From Candidatus Odinarchaeia archaeon (GTDB lineage Archaea > Asgardarchaeota > Odinarchaeia > Odinarchaeales > Odinarchaeaceae): 32,000 nucleotides of DNA. Numbering within the stretch: the first letter of the stretch is position 1; each line of letters begins with the position of its first letter. Made by a program: the position numbers and the translations under genes. Positions 1 through 8,061 of the stretch are shown here, piece after piece. The DNA is taken from assembly GCA_029856525.1 (NCBI GenBank), contig JAHQXC010000002.1:1-32000 (forward strand), written 5' to 3'. Under the pieces are notes generated by a model that saw nothing but the letters and a program-made list of their open reading frames with translations, did no database searches and was not told where the DNA came from.

Positions 1-458
1 TCTAACATTTTTAGCACATCACTCCACTTCCATTTATCCCTATTGCTTAACTCGATTTTCTGCCGGACACTCATCCTAATAAATTTAGCTGTGAATAAAT
101 CAAAGAACGTGTCAATAATGTTTTTAACAGTAGGATCAGAATCATCATAGTGAACGTAGTATACATCCGGCTCAGGGTTTGAAAAACAGATTTTCCCAGT
201 ATCTGTTTTAAACCAGTTTAAAACCGCTAGGAACTCTTTCAAATCATTTTCAGATAAAGTGAGTTTACCGTTAAACTTCGCGTCTACTGGTTTGAAAATA
301 TTTTCTGGAATCCTGTCTGGAATGTTTAACAGCGGTTTATCAAGCTCTCTTAAGACCTCGCCTTTAGAGAGATATCTGTCCTCTGATCTGCCTATTAACA
401 GATCTAAAACCTCTTTTTTAAGACGTTTAAGATTATCACCTATCTCTTCCATGTCCAT
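1..458 (-). CDS. Hypothetical protein, 5' part only (runs off the left edge); probably co-transcribed downstream of pelG
   Basis: Translated by hand: ATG at 458 (or 452), 5 nt after the pelG stop, then 152 open codons to the window edge (MDMEEIGDNLKRLKKEVLDLLIGRSEDRYLSKGEVLRELDKP...KWKWSDVLKML). It is missing from the ORF track because there is no stop in the window. No family recognised. Confidence 0.75.
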   Translation of the reverse strand, partial: MDMEEIGDNLKRLKKEVLDLLIGRSEDRYLSKGEVLRELDKPLLNIPDRIPENIFKPVDAKFNGKLTLSENDLKEFLAVLNWFKTDTGKICFSNPEPDVYYVHYDDSDPTVKNIIDTFFDLFTAKFIRMSVRQKIELSNRDKWKWSDVLKML

Positions 459-463
459 CCATC

Positions 464-2062
464 CTAAAGAAGAGTTGAATAAGCTCTATACGGGAACTCC
501 ATAATATTCTTTTTTACTAATTGGAGTCCTATCACTGTTCCTAGTATGAAAGCTGAGATGTAACCTAAAACAGCGAAATAAACTGATCCGCTTATAATGG
601 TTAGTAGCGGGCATAATACAATATTAGCCATGAATGTTAAAAGCATAAGCCAAACGTTTAAAGAATGCTGTTCAAGGTACATTAAACCTAAATAGCAGAG
701 GATTGTAGCAGTGTGGAAGATTACGCCTATCGTAGCCATTCTAAAAACGAATAACGCTGCAGGCATAGTGAAACCGAGTATTGTAATCTTAGGAGTTAAA
801 GGATCGCTTAAATTCAGAAAAATAGAGATAATATTTTCACCGAATATATTCAAAACTATCGTAAACCCTAATATCACCAACATTGAAGTGACCACCAGCT
901 TTCTGAAGAATTTATAAAAACTCTGGAGGTTTCTCTCTAAACTTGGAAGAGGGTCTTTATAGGTTCCTGAAACCGCTCTCTGAAAGTTAGGTGTAAATAA
1001 CTCCATTAAAACAGCGATTAAGCCAACTCCCGGGATCAGAATCCATTGAGCTATATTTATACCGGTCTCGTAAAAGACATTAAAAGCTAAAAATAAGCCG
1101 GCTGTAGCCTGCCCTGAAACAAACCAGACGAAGAATCTATCCGCCCATAGCGTGGCGAAATATAACATGTTTGCTAAAAATAAAGCTATAAAATTTTTGA
1201 GACTACTAGCTACAGTAACTTCACCGTGTTTTCCAAGATTTTTAACTTCACTTATATCATGTTCTATTTTCATTAAAAGCTGGCCGAACTCTTTAACAAG
1301 CTTCTGATATTCTTCTAAAAATATTTCCCCTTTCTCGAAACGGATTCTTATATCTTCTAATATTTTGAAAAGCGCGACTCTTCTAGCAGCTAACTCAGCG
1401 GCTACATTCTTACCGGTTTTCAATATAACATTAAGATATATGAATGTGCCGATTGAAGCTGAGAAAAACCCTAAACTTTGGAAAATGATAACTCCGCTCA
1501 CCCCGAAGTTTAAAGCTCCGAACACGGATAAAGCGTATCCGATGATGCTTCCAGCAGCGAATATTACAGTTAACTGGCCGAATTTCCTTAACCCTATTAT
1601 AGGGGCTACAGCAACCCATAAAAATGAGAGAGCGGAGAACTGGAGTGCGAAGAGCAGGCTATTAGATAAACCGCCTGTGAGCATATTTTCAACAACTATC
1701 GCTATAACAGCTGACATTAGACAGAGCACGCCAGTTAGCGCGTATATTTTTAAAGTAAATCGCGCAGCTGTTTTATTATCGCCTATAGCGATTTTATCTA
1801 AAACTATTTTAGTTTCTAAAGCTTGAAAGCCGGCTGTTGAAATTAAGCTTAGAGGGGTTGCTAAACTTATTATTAGACCTAAAGTAGCTCTCTCAGATGG
1901 AAGGAGAGCGGAAGCTATATAATATCCTGTAATTGTGGAGCATACTATTACTAGAAGCCATGGGCCGTTAGCTAGAAGACTATAAGATAGAAATCGGCCT
2001 ATAAGCTTAATTTTACTGTCCTTTCTACTTTCAACCTGGACTTCGCTTATACCGGTTTCCAT
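464..2062 (-). CDS. pelG: Pel exopolysaccharide transporter PelG-like protein (multi-pass membrane) with a charged central insertion
   Basis: About 12 hydrophobic segments. N-terminal YSLLANGPWLLVI and the post-loop MLYFATLWADRFFVWF and AQWILIPGVG segments match PelG motifs as I recall them (GPW; LWxDKxxFW; IIPG). Adjacent to a clear pelF. SD GGTGA 6 nt upstream of ATG. Confidence 0.8.
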   Translation of the reverse strand: METGISEVQVESRKDSKIKLIGRFLSYSLLANGPWLLVIVCSTITGYYIASALLPSERATLGLIISLATPLSLISTAGFQALETKIVLDKIAIGDNKTAARFTLKIYALTGVLCLMSAVIAIVVENMLTGGLSNSLLFALQFSALSFLWVAVAPIIGLRKFGQLTVIFAAGSIIGYALSVFGALNFGVSGVIIFQSLGFFSASIGTFIYLNVILKTGKNVAAELAARRVALFKILEDIRIRFEKGEIFLEEYQKLVKEFGQLLMKIEHDISEVKNLGKHGEVTVASSLKNFIALFLANMLYFATLWADRFFVWFVSGQATAGLFLAFNVFYETGINIAQWILIPGVGLIAVLMELFTPNFQRAVSGTYKDPLPSLERNLQSFYKFFRKLVVTSMLVILGFTIVLNIFGENIISIFLNLSDPLTPKITILGFTMPAALFVFRMATIGVIFHTATILCYLGLMYLEQHSLNVWLMLLTFMANIVLCPLLTIISGSVYFAVLGYISAFILGTVIGLQLVKKNIMEFPYRAYSTLL

Positions 2063-2098
2063 TAATTTTCACCTTGAATTTTGTAGTCTAACAATATA

Positions 2099-2141
2099 CT
2101 TAATATAGTTTTATATTAAGAATAGTATTATAAATATAATA
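2099..2141. promoter_or_regulatory. Divergent pelG/pelF promoter region with two perfect inverted repeats
   Basis: CTTAATATA-GTTT-TATATTAAG (2099-2120, 9-bp arms) and TATTATA-AA-TATAATA (2126-2141, 7-bp arms, TATA-like on both strands), in the 114-bp gap between head-to-head genes. Confidence 0.5.
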
Positions 2142-2176
2142 AAGTTTTGCGAGAAGCTGTTTAAAGGTGGGTTAAG

Positions 2177-3604
2177 TTGAGGGATCTCAGAGTCTGCATG
2201 GTTACCGAGGGAACATACCCGTATTTTGTAGGCGGCGTAAGCTCCTGGGTTCATAGATTAATCACCCAGCTAAAACATATTAAATTTGACATACTCGCTA
2301 TTATACCCCCAGGTGAATTAAAAGAGAAATACCAGCCTCCGCCGAATCTCGAAAACATTTACAAGATACCTATAACAGACGAGCAGAAGTTCACGCAGCC
2401 ACGTCTTAAAACAGGGGAGTATTACGATAAATATATTAGAACAGTGAAATGGCTCCACCAGTATCTTAACGAAGAGGATTTTAACAATGCTTCAGAGTAT
2501 GTGGTGAAACTTTACACTCAGCTTGAAAACGATAAACCACGGTTCTGGGCTAGTAAAGTAGGCTGGGAGTATTTAAAAGAACAATATTATAAAAGAGAAG
2601 ACCCTCCTTCTATGATCGAATGGATACTAGCTTGGAAGGACACGCATATTCCTCTGCTAAATCTATTAGCTAACAGTATACCGGAAGCTGATATCTACCA
2701 TGGAACCAACAGCGGTTACGCTGGTTTCCTCGCAGTTATAGGAGGACTCAAATATAATAAACCTGTTGTCATCACCGACCACGGAATATTTCTCAGAGAA
2801 CGGTTAATGGAGTTAACTAAGGCTAAAGTGAAAGGTTTAGCTGAAGAAATGTGGCTGGATGTCTTAACAGGGTTAAGTAGATTCATATACATGAACTGTA
2901 CGCTTGTAACTTCAGTTTGCAATTATAACGTTAACTGGGTTACAGAGAAGCTTAGAATCCCTAAAGATAAATTCAAAGTCATATATAATGGAGTGGACCC
3001 TGAAAGATTAAAACCTGTAGAAGTGCCTAAACCACCATACAAAGTGGTTGGAAGCATCAGCAGAATTCACCCGATTAAAGATATTAAAATGTTTATTAAA
3101 GCCGCGGAGATTGTTTCAAAAAAAGACGGAAACGTGAAATTCTTCGTAGTCGGGCCTGTAGATGACCAGAAATATTATAAAGAATGCTTAAACCTTATTA
3201 AAAAACTCGGTTTAACCGAAAACTTTATTTTCACAGGTTCCAGGGGAGAAGACATATTATACTGGTATAATTTATTCGATATATTCGTGTTAACAAGCAT
3301 CTCCGAGGGTTTTCCGATGTCAACTATCGAGGCGATGGCGTGCGGTACACCGGTAATAGTCACAGATGTCGGTGGAGCTGCTGAACCTGTTGAAGGATGC
3401 GGTTACGTTGTACCATCAGGAGATGCTGAGCAACTAGCAGAGAGAATACTTGAAATAATTCAAAACAAAGAGTTAGCTGAGAAATTATCTGAAAACGCTA
3501 GGAGAAAAGTTGTAGAACAGTTCTCGCTTCCAAAAATAATGGAGGAGTATAGTAAAGTATACCAACAGATTTCCAAGCAATCCGCAGGTCTCCCTGAAGA
3601 ATAG
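2177..3604 (+). CDS. pelF: GT4 family glycosyltransferase PelF (DUF3492 N-terminal region plus GT-B C-terminal domain)
   Basis: N-terminal VCMVTEGTYPYFVGGVSSWVHRLI is the PelF/DUF3492 signature. Also TDHGIFLRER, SRIHPIKDIKMFIKA and the EX7E motif SISEGFPMSTIE. TTG start with SD GGTGG 6 nt upstream. Confidence 0.88.
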   Translation: MRDLRVCMVTEGTYPYFVGGVSSWVHRLITQLKHIKFDILAIIPPGELKEKYQPPPNLENIYKIPITDEQKFTQPRLKTGEYYDKYIRTVKWLHQYLNEEDFNNASEYVVKLYTQLENDKPRFWASKVGWEYLKEQYYKREDPPSMIEWILAWKDTHIPLLNLLANSIPEADIYHGTNSGYAGFLAVIGGLKYNKPVVITDHGIFLRERLMELTKAKVKGLAEEMWLDVLTGLSRFIYMNCTLVTSVCNYNVNWVTEKLRIPKDKFKVIYNGVDPERLKPVEVPKPPYKVVGSISRIHPIKDIKMFIKAAEIVSKKDGNVKFFVVGPVDDQKYYKECLNLIKKLGLTENFIFTGSRGEDILYWYNLFDIFVLTSISEGFPMSTIEAMACGTPVIVTDVGGAAEPVEGCGYVVPSGDAEQLAERILEIIQNKELAEKLSENARRKVVEQFSLPKIMEEYSKVYQQISKQSAGLPEE

Positions 3605-3786
3605 AGGTTTCCCTCTCAAATCCAATCTGTAGTAGCTATCATAGTGAGATAAAAAGTATTGTTTAAGGTGACGGTCACAAACTTTTACCGGAGTGAGACG
3701 CTTACATAAAAGTTAAAGACAGCTAGCAGAAACAACGAAAAATAAAAAAAGAGGTTAACTAAAATCTATAAAATATTAGAAAGGGG

Positions 3787-4473
3787 TTAGATGGAAACCC
3801 CCTCATCAGGTTTGAACATAGGTTCAAGCGGGCTGGATTCCTTTTTCTCAACAGTTTTAGCTAACTTTTCTTTTTTAGGTAGAATATAACCACCGATTTT
3901 ACCGCCTACAGCCCCTGTAATCAACGCGATAATCACGTTTATTATAAGAGCGAGGATAATAGGTTGAAGAATACTAGCTATTAAAGTAGAAATATCGAAG
4001 CCGCCGCCGAAACCTGAGAGTATGAATGTGATCAGCGAGTCAACTAAGCCTCCTATTACCGGAGCGCTTAAAATAGCTATTATATCAACGCCTGCAGGCG
4101 GACTTGTTATAAGCGACATTAATTGCGCTTGAACAGTAGGATTACTCATCACGGTGAAAGCGCTTAAAACACCGAACCCGGCCATTAAGAGAAAACCGAA
4201 AAAGAGAGTCGAAATAGCTACAGCGACACCACCTTTCCCTGAACCAGCTATTAACCCGCCTACTAAAGCAGCGCCTACTAGAATAGAGATATGTATAAGA
4301 TCATCGTAAGGCCCGAGTAAAGCGTAAAATTCGGTTAAAATAATTGTTAAGTTTACTCCGAAAACAGGGTTAAACCATGTGATAAGCATAGCGTAGCCTT
4401 CTGGTAGAAACATAAGAGTTAAACCGAAAATCATCGCCATTGATATAATCCAGCCTAATAGCTTGCTACCCGT
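3787..4473 (-). CDS. Hypothetical Gly-rich multi-pass membrane protein
   Basis: Five to six hydrophobic helices with GxxxG-rich stretches (GAALVGGLIAGSGKGG, GAVGGKIGG) and a charged C-tail. The ORF track starts at GTG 4563, inside the structured element. The only strong SD (GGAGGTG, 4480-4486) points to an in-frame ACG at 4473, giving (M)GSKLLGWIISM. The start is uncertain. Confidence 0.7.
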   Translation of the reverse strand, partial: TGSKLLGWIISMAMIFGLTLMFLPEGYAMLITWFNPVFGVNLTIILTEFYALLGPYDDLIHISILVGAALVGGLIAGSGKGGVAVAISTLFFGFLLMAGFGVLSAFTVMSNPTVQAQLMSLITSPPAGVDIIAILSAPVIGGLVDSLITFILSGFGGGFDISTLIASILQPIILALIINVIIALITGAVGGKIGGYILPKKEKLAKTVEKKESSPLEPMFKPDEGVSI

Positions 4474-4530
4474 TATAAACACCTCCGTGAAGTTAAACAA
4501 TTTTTGAAGTGAACTACCGCTATCTAAATC

Positions 4531-4690
4531 CGGTGGCTTGTAACCTCGCACTGAACCGTTCACAAGTACACTGTGAGAGGTTGAGGCTGGTTCACATCAG
4601 CCCAACTCCCCATCATATAGTCGAGGAGCCTGCTACCTATATTCACGCCACCGAATTCATCCACCGCTTAAAAGCGGCGGTCTTCTAGCG
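4531..4690 (-). mobile_element. Orphan IS200/IS605-like terminal hairpin fused to a predicted structured (pseudoknotted) RNA; no transposase or TnpB/IscB in the window
   Basis: GC-rich island in an AT-rich gap. The minus strand reads AGAAGACCGCCGCTTTTAAGCGGTGGATGAATT, a hairpin resembling IS200/IS605 ends as I recall them. It is followed by a ~123-nt unit closed by a 7-bp stem (4531-4537/4647-4653), with a long internal hairpin (4575-4611), a stem ATATAG/CTATAT (4637-4642/4615-4620) and a CCTCG/CGAGG pairing (4622-4626/4544-4548). Confidence 0.55.
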
Positions 4691-4765
4691 GTGAAATTTA
4701 TAAAATTATGTACTGTTAAAAAGAAATATAATGATATCGTAAATCTTCATGGAAAAGTTTAGATT

Positions 4766-6285
4766 CTAAGATTCAGCCATCAGCTTGTTGATCGCTTCTA
4801 TTATAGCTTCAACACCGGCGATAACAATATCCTCGCTAGAGCCTCTTGAAGTAAAGCTTCTCTTTTTTTCATCCTCTATAGTCACGATTGTTTCAGCTAC
4901 AGCCTGAGTCCCCCCTGTGATAGCTTCCAGCCTAAACTCTTTAAGCTTGAAGGGGGCTACCTCTTCGCTCGCGTTTCTTATAGCGTTTATTGCAGCATCT
5001 ATCGGGCCAACCCCGTTCGCGGCGACTATAACTGTTTTACCGCCTATGTGAAGTTTAACAGTCGCAGTCGGGTTTATTTTATTACCTGTCACAACCAGTA
5101 TATCCTCTAGCTTAATCTTCTTCATATGAGGTGGTAGACTTTGAATCACAGATCTAGCTATTGAACTAATATCCGCCTCTGTAACTGTGATTCCCTTATC
5201 TCCTAAAGCCTTTATTTTATCAACGATTATCCTCAACTGCTCAGGTGTATATTTAAAGCCTAAATTCTCCAGAATTTTCCCTACCCCGTGAGCTCCACTC
5301 TGCTTGCCTGCTACAATCCTGCTTTTAGCCCCTATCTCCTCAGGGGAGATAGGCTCATACGTCATAGGAGATTCTATAACACCGTGAGCGTGGATACCGC
5401 TTTCATGTGAGAACGCGTTAGCGCCTACAACAGCCTTATTAGGAGCTAAAGGAACACCGGTCAACCTCATTATTTTCTGAGATGTTTCATAAATTTTAGA
5501 GTAATCTAAGTTGAGTTTAACACCGTACATATATTTTAAAGCCACCGCTACTTCTTCAAGAGCAGCGTTACCAGCTCTTTCACCTAGACCATTCATACAG
5601 CAATGAGGTTGAACAGCCCCCTCCTCTATTCCAGCTAAAGTATTAGCTACAGCTAAGCCCATATCATTATGACAGTGAACTGAAATATTAGCTTTAGTAA
5701 CACTTTTAACCTCGCTAACTATTTTCTTCATCGCAATAGGGATCGCCACGCCTACAGTATCAGGTATATCTAGATAGGATGCTCCGGCTTCGGCGACTTT
5801 AGTAAACACTTCTTTTAAAAATTCGAGTCTAGTCCTCGTAGCGTCTTCAGCTGAGAATTCAACTTCAATACCATGATCTCTAATATATTCTACAGCCCAA
5901 ACAGCTCTCTCAACAACCTGCTCAGGATCCATGTGAAGCTTATACTTCATGTGAATATCACTGGTGGCTATAAAAGTGTGAATCCTAGCCACATTACAGT
6001 CTATAGCCTTATCGATATCTTCTTTTTTAGTTCTAGCTAAAGCGCATATCTTAGCTTTAAGACCCTCATTAGCTATCTGTTTAACAGCTTTAGCCTCACC
6101 CTCGCTGGAAATCGGAAAACCAGCCTCTATCACATCCACTTTAAGATCGTCTAGAAGATGTGCGATCTCGATTTTCTCATCGATTGTTAAAGCAACACCT
6201 GGAGTCTGCTCCCCGTCTCTTAGAGTAGTGTCGAAAATATATACTTTCTCAGGTAAATTATTAAAGGAGAAAGATATTCCTCCAC
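4766..6285 (-). CDS. leuA: 2-isopropylmalate synthase / citramalate synthase family (LeuA/CimA) with C-terminal regulatory domain; frame break near the 5' end
   Basis: The frame continues upstream of the ORF-track start through KVYIFDTTLRDGEQTPGV (the DRE-TIM signature). HCHND, GERAGN and HESGIH motifs are present. That frame has no ATG/GTG/TTG before its upstream stop (6317-6319). A natural N-terminus (GTG 6285, MEEYLSP...) lies in another frame and joins if one base is added at about 6263-6265. LeuA versus CimA specificity cannot be resolved by eye. Confidence 0.85.
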
Positions 6286-6365
6286 GCCAACACCAACACC
6301 TACCGTTATAACACCTTTAAAAATATGTGAAACCCTATATTAATATTATTATTCTTCACAAGCAG

Positions 6366-6737
6366 TTATATTAACCTTATAAGATGAGATGGACAATTAT
6401 TTTTACAATCCGTGGAGCCGAAGCCGGGTACCGGGACCCCGGAAAAAAATATTTTTTTAACAAGTTCGCATTCAGTTAAAACCTCGTCTTCAATAATACA
6501 GACCCCTTTAAGCTCAGCGTATTTTGAAGAAAGCAAGTAGTCTATATGCCAGTGATTCCTCTTATGAACTCGTAGATGCCTTATAACTCTATTCAATAAT
6601 TCACCGCTATTCCCTTCACCTTTACCTGAACCAGCGTAAACGTAGAACCCTTTCTTAAAGCTAACAGAGCCTAATGAGCCTATTTTAAGCTGAAAATTCC
6701 TTCGAACATAGATTAAAAGATAATAAACTCCTTTCAC
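6366..6737 (-). CDS. DUF123 / GIY-YIG nuclease-like protein
   Basis: KGVYYLLIY, GSLGSVSFKKGFYVYAGSG, RVIRH, HWHIDYLL and GFGSTDCKNNCPSHL are typical of DUF123. Probable start is GTG 6737 (SD AAGGT 6 nt upstream); the ORF track gives 6770. Confidence 0.8.
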   Translation of the reverse strand: MKGVYYLLIYVRRNFQLKIGSLGSVSFKKGFYVYAGSGKGEGNSGELLNRVIRHLRVHKRNHWHIDYLLSSKYAELKGVCIIEDEVLTECELVKKIFFSGVPVPGFGSTDCKNNCPSHLIRLI

Positions 6738-7193
6738 ACTCTTACCTTCTAGAATACTACGATAATTCACTTAATAGTAACCTGGCGTAGGCTACCAGGC
6801 GGTTACATACCTGTTTTAAGTGTAAGCTGGTTTACAGGCAGCCTGTCGACGAGTATAAAAGATTCAGGGTATCGGCTGGTGGGTAATTTAACGTCTCTAA
6901 GAGAATATTAAAGATCAGAGTCACCTTCACGTGAACCTGCTCCTCTTTTAAGTAAAGTTGAAACACCGGTCGGAACAGTCAACCGTCAGCAAACTCTAAA
7001 TAGCATTCTACGATATTTAAGATTAACCGATATTCAGCTCTATACGCTAGCATACAGCGCTCGCCTACAGATTTAAGATAAAAGTTTAAGGAAGTTGAAG
7101 CCGCTAGCTCGGAGATCAACCCTGATTTAAAAATATTATTAAATGGTGAATAGCATTATTTAATTAAGAGAAAATAGAATGGTGGATTGGTAA

Positions 7194-7967
7194 ATGAATG
7201 ATTTTCAAATTAAACAGTTTTTAAAAATCGATCCTGACGCGTTAAAGAATCCTATAGCCATAGTTGGTATGCCTGGTATAGGTAATGTGGGTAAAAATGT
7301 TGTTTTAACATGTATTGAAAATTTGAAAGCTGATAAGATTTTAGAAATATTTTTCCCGGATTTTCCTGCTCAAGTATTAGTAGACGATAATTCACTTTTA
7401 GAAATACCCTCAGCTACTATTTATTACCATAAATCTGAAGAAAAGGAGCGGCATCTATTCTTTTTAACAGGGGACTATCAGCCTTCAACAACTAAAGGAA
7501 TATATGAATTTTCAGAGAGAGTAGCTCAAATATTCTATAATTTTAGAGTAAAACTTGTAATAGCGGCAGGAGCTTTTATGACGAACACTCAAGTTTTAAC
7601 ACCTAAAATTCATGTTTCCGCCACGTCACCTGAAACCCTCCGCGTATTCCTCTCATATAAAGATGCGGTTATAATGGATTACGGTACTATAAGCGGGGCT
7701 AACGGTCTAATACCTGTAATCGCCTATAAGAAATTCGGAATAGAGGGGGCGTGCCTGCTAGCTGACACAAACCCTTTAGGTATGATAGACCCGCTGGCTT
7801 CGAAAACAATTTTAGAACTTCTTAACTATGTGTTTAACTTAGACATTGATTTAAAAGGTTTACTAGCTCAAATCAAAAATATGGAGGAGTTATTAGAGGA
7901 GATAAAAACCCAGTTTACACAGAGAAAACCATCTGAAGATTTAAAACGCCAATCCTATATTAGTTAA
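7194..7967 (+). CDS. PAC2 family (proteasome assembly chaperone-like) protein
   Basis: NPIAIVGMPGIGNVGK, FPDFPAQV, LTGDYQP, ISGANGLI, GIEGACLLADT and DPLASK, followed by a C-terminal coiled coil and the YIS end typical of archaeal PAC2 proteins. Confidence 0.8.
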   Translation: MNDFQIKQFLKIDPDALKNPIAIVGMPGIGNVGKNVVLTCIENLKADKILEIFFPDFPAQVLVDDNSLLEIPSATIYYHKSEEKERHLFFLTGDYQPSTTKGIYEFSERVAQIFYNFRVKLVIAAGAFMTNTQVLTPKIHVSATSPETLRVFLSYKDAVIMDYGTISGANGLIPVIAYKKFGIEGACLLADTNPLGMIDPLASKTILELLNYVFNLDIDLKGLLAQIKNMEELLEEIKTQFTQRKPSEDLKRQSYIS

Positions 7968-8061
7968 CCGCTCACTACTCTGTAAATTAAAATCTAGTAT
8001 AGCAAATCTTTATAAAACATGAATTAATTTAAAAGAAGCCTATCAATAATGGACGGTTAGG

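Noticed and set aside
4474-4563. N-terminal 30 aa (MNGSVRGYKPPDLDSG...) of the 258-aa ORF
   Set aside because: The GTG lies inside the structured element, has no SD, and the frame reads through the real SD. It is probably not translated.
4531-4653. 5S rRNA, tRNA or a known small ribozyme
   Set aside because: The size is similar to 5S, but the conserved 5S loop sequences, the tRNA cloverleaf/T-loop and hammerhead/HDV cores are not evident.
6283-6302. GGTGTT tandem repeat upstream of leuA as a repeat element
   Set aside because: Only 2-3 hexamer units, explained as Val-Gly codons and/or stacked SD-like sites.
6832-7119. Minus-strand frame with one internal TGA and a downstream hairpin, as a possible selenoprotein with SECIS
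   Set aside because: There is no CxxU/UxxC or other redox context, no SD and no recognisable family, and the hairpin lacks SECIS features. Kept only as an unexplained gap.
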